A stretch of DNA of 64,000 nucleotides from Convolutriloba macropyga (taxonomy: Eukaryota). Position 1 is the stretch's first letter, and every line of letters begins with the position of its first letter. The translations under genes were made by a program, and so were the position numbers. A model generated the notes under the pieces. That model did no database searches. It was not told the origin of the DNA and worked only from the letters and a program-made list of their open reading frames with translations. The DNA is taken from the NCBI RefSeq assembly GCF_964194025.1, contig NC_134473.1:71734001-71798000 (forward strand), read 5' to 3'. This document shows positions 63,460 to 64,000 of the stretch, one piece after another.

Positions 63460-64000
63460 AACGAGTGAACAACAAAGAAACAGAGCAAACTTGAGGCAAT
63501 GTACGAAAAAATTCTACCAAACTTTAATTAAATTGTTAATTTTTCTATTGCATTTGTCAACTTACTTTAGAATGTTATCTCGCAAGATCAGAAAATCCTC
63601 AAAATTATATATTACGGCGTTGAACTCCTCATGAGCCACGACACTTGTTCAAAATAGCCAACTTTCACGTATAAACAGGAAAATGTGGGACATTTTATTC
63701 TAAAAATGTGGAACCAAAGTAATTCAGCTAGCTGCAACTAAAATAATTTTAGAACCACAAGATCTAATGACCGATGGAACAATGGTATTTAACTCATATT
63801 AACTCACCTCATATAAGGAGGTCAAGGATATTGCTAATCCGCATTTATACGTCGTACTTCGGTTAAAACATATTGGGCCAATTGCTCTCAAACGTCGGGT
63901 GAATTGCTCTCAGACGACCGGCTGGCTTTGCCAGTAGCTAGCCACAGTTTAGTGAGGCTAGCTGTAGTTTAATTGAAGGGGATGAGGTGAACGAAGGGGG

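Overview
AT-rich eukaryotic (animal-like) genomic DNA; no prokaryotic features. The whole window lies inside one minus-strand multi-exon gene. I could chain 11 exons by hand with consistent intron phases (60596 to the stop at 2805, about 1404 aa, 5' end outside the window). The product is a largely disordered S/N/Q/P-rich protein with many YxN motifs and candidate PP1-docking motifs. The introns are packed with transposon material: (i) at least four families of DINE-1/HINE-like non-autonomous Helentrons that nest into one another at fixed sites (C inside B inside A) and are nearly all co-oriented with the gene; (ii) a ~1.5 kb palindrome made from the 3' end of a BEL/Pao LTR retrotransposon (integrase C-terminus/DUF5641-like region plus U3), with a probable solo LTR nearby; (iii) a decayed Crack/CR1/L2-group LINE; (iv) a long-TIR foldback element carrying cargo, tandem duplications, minisatellites and G-rich tracts. 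The strongest novelty candidates are the site-specific 'Russian-doll' Helentron hierarchy and the intronic BEL hairpin, a possible Mu-killer-like silencing source. All alignments were done by eye, so repeat boundaries are approximate.
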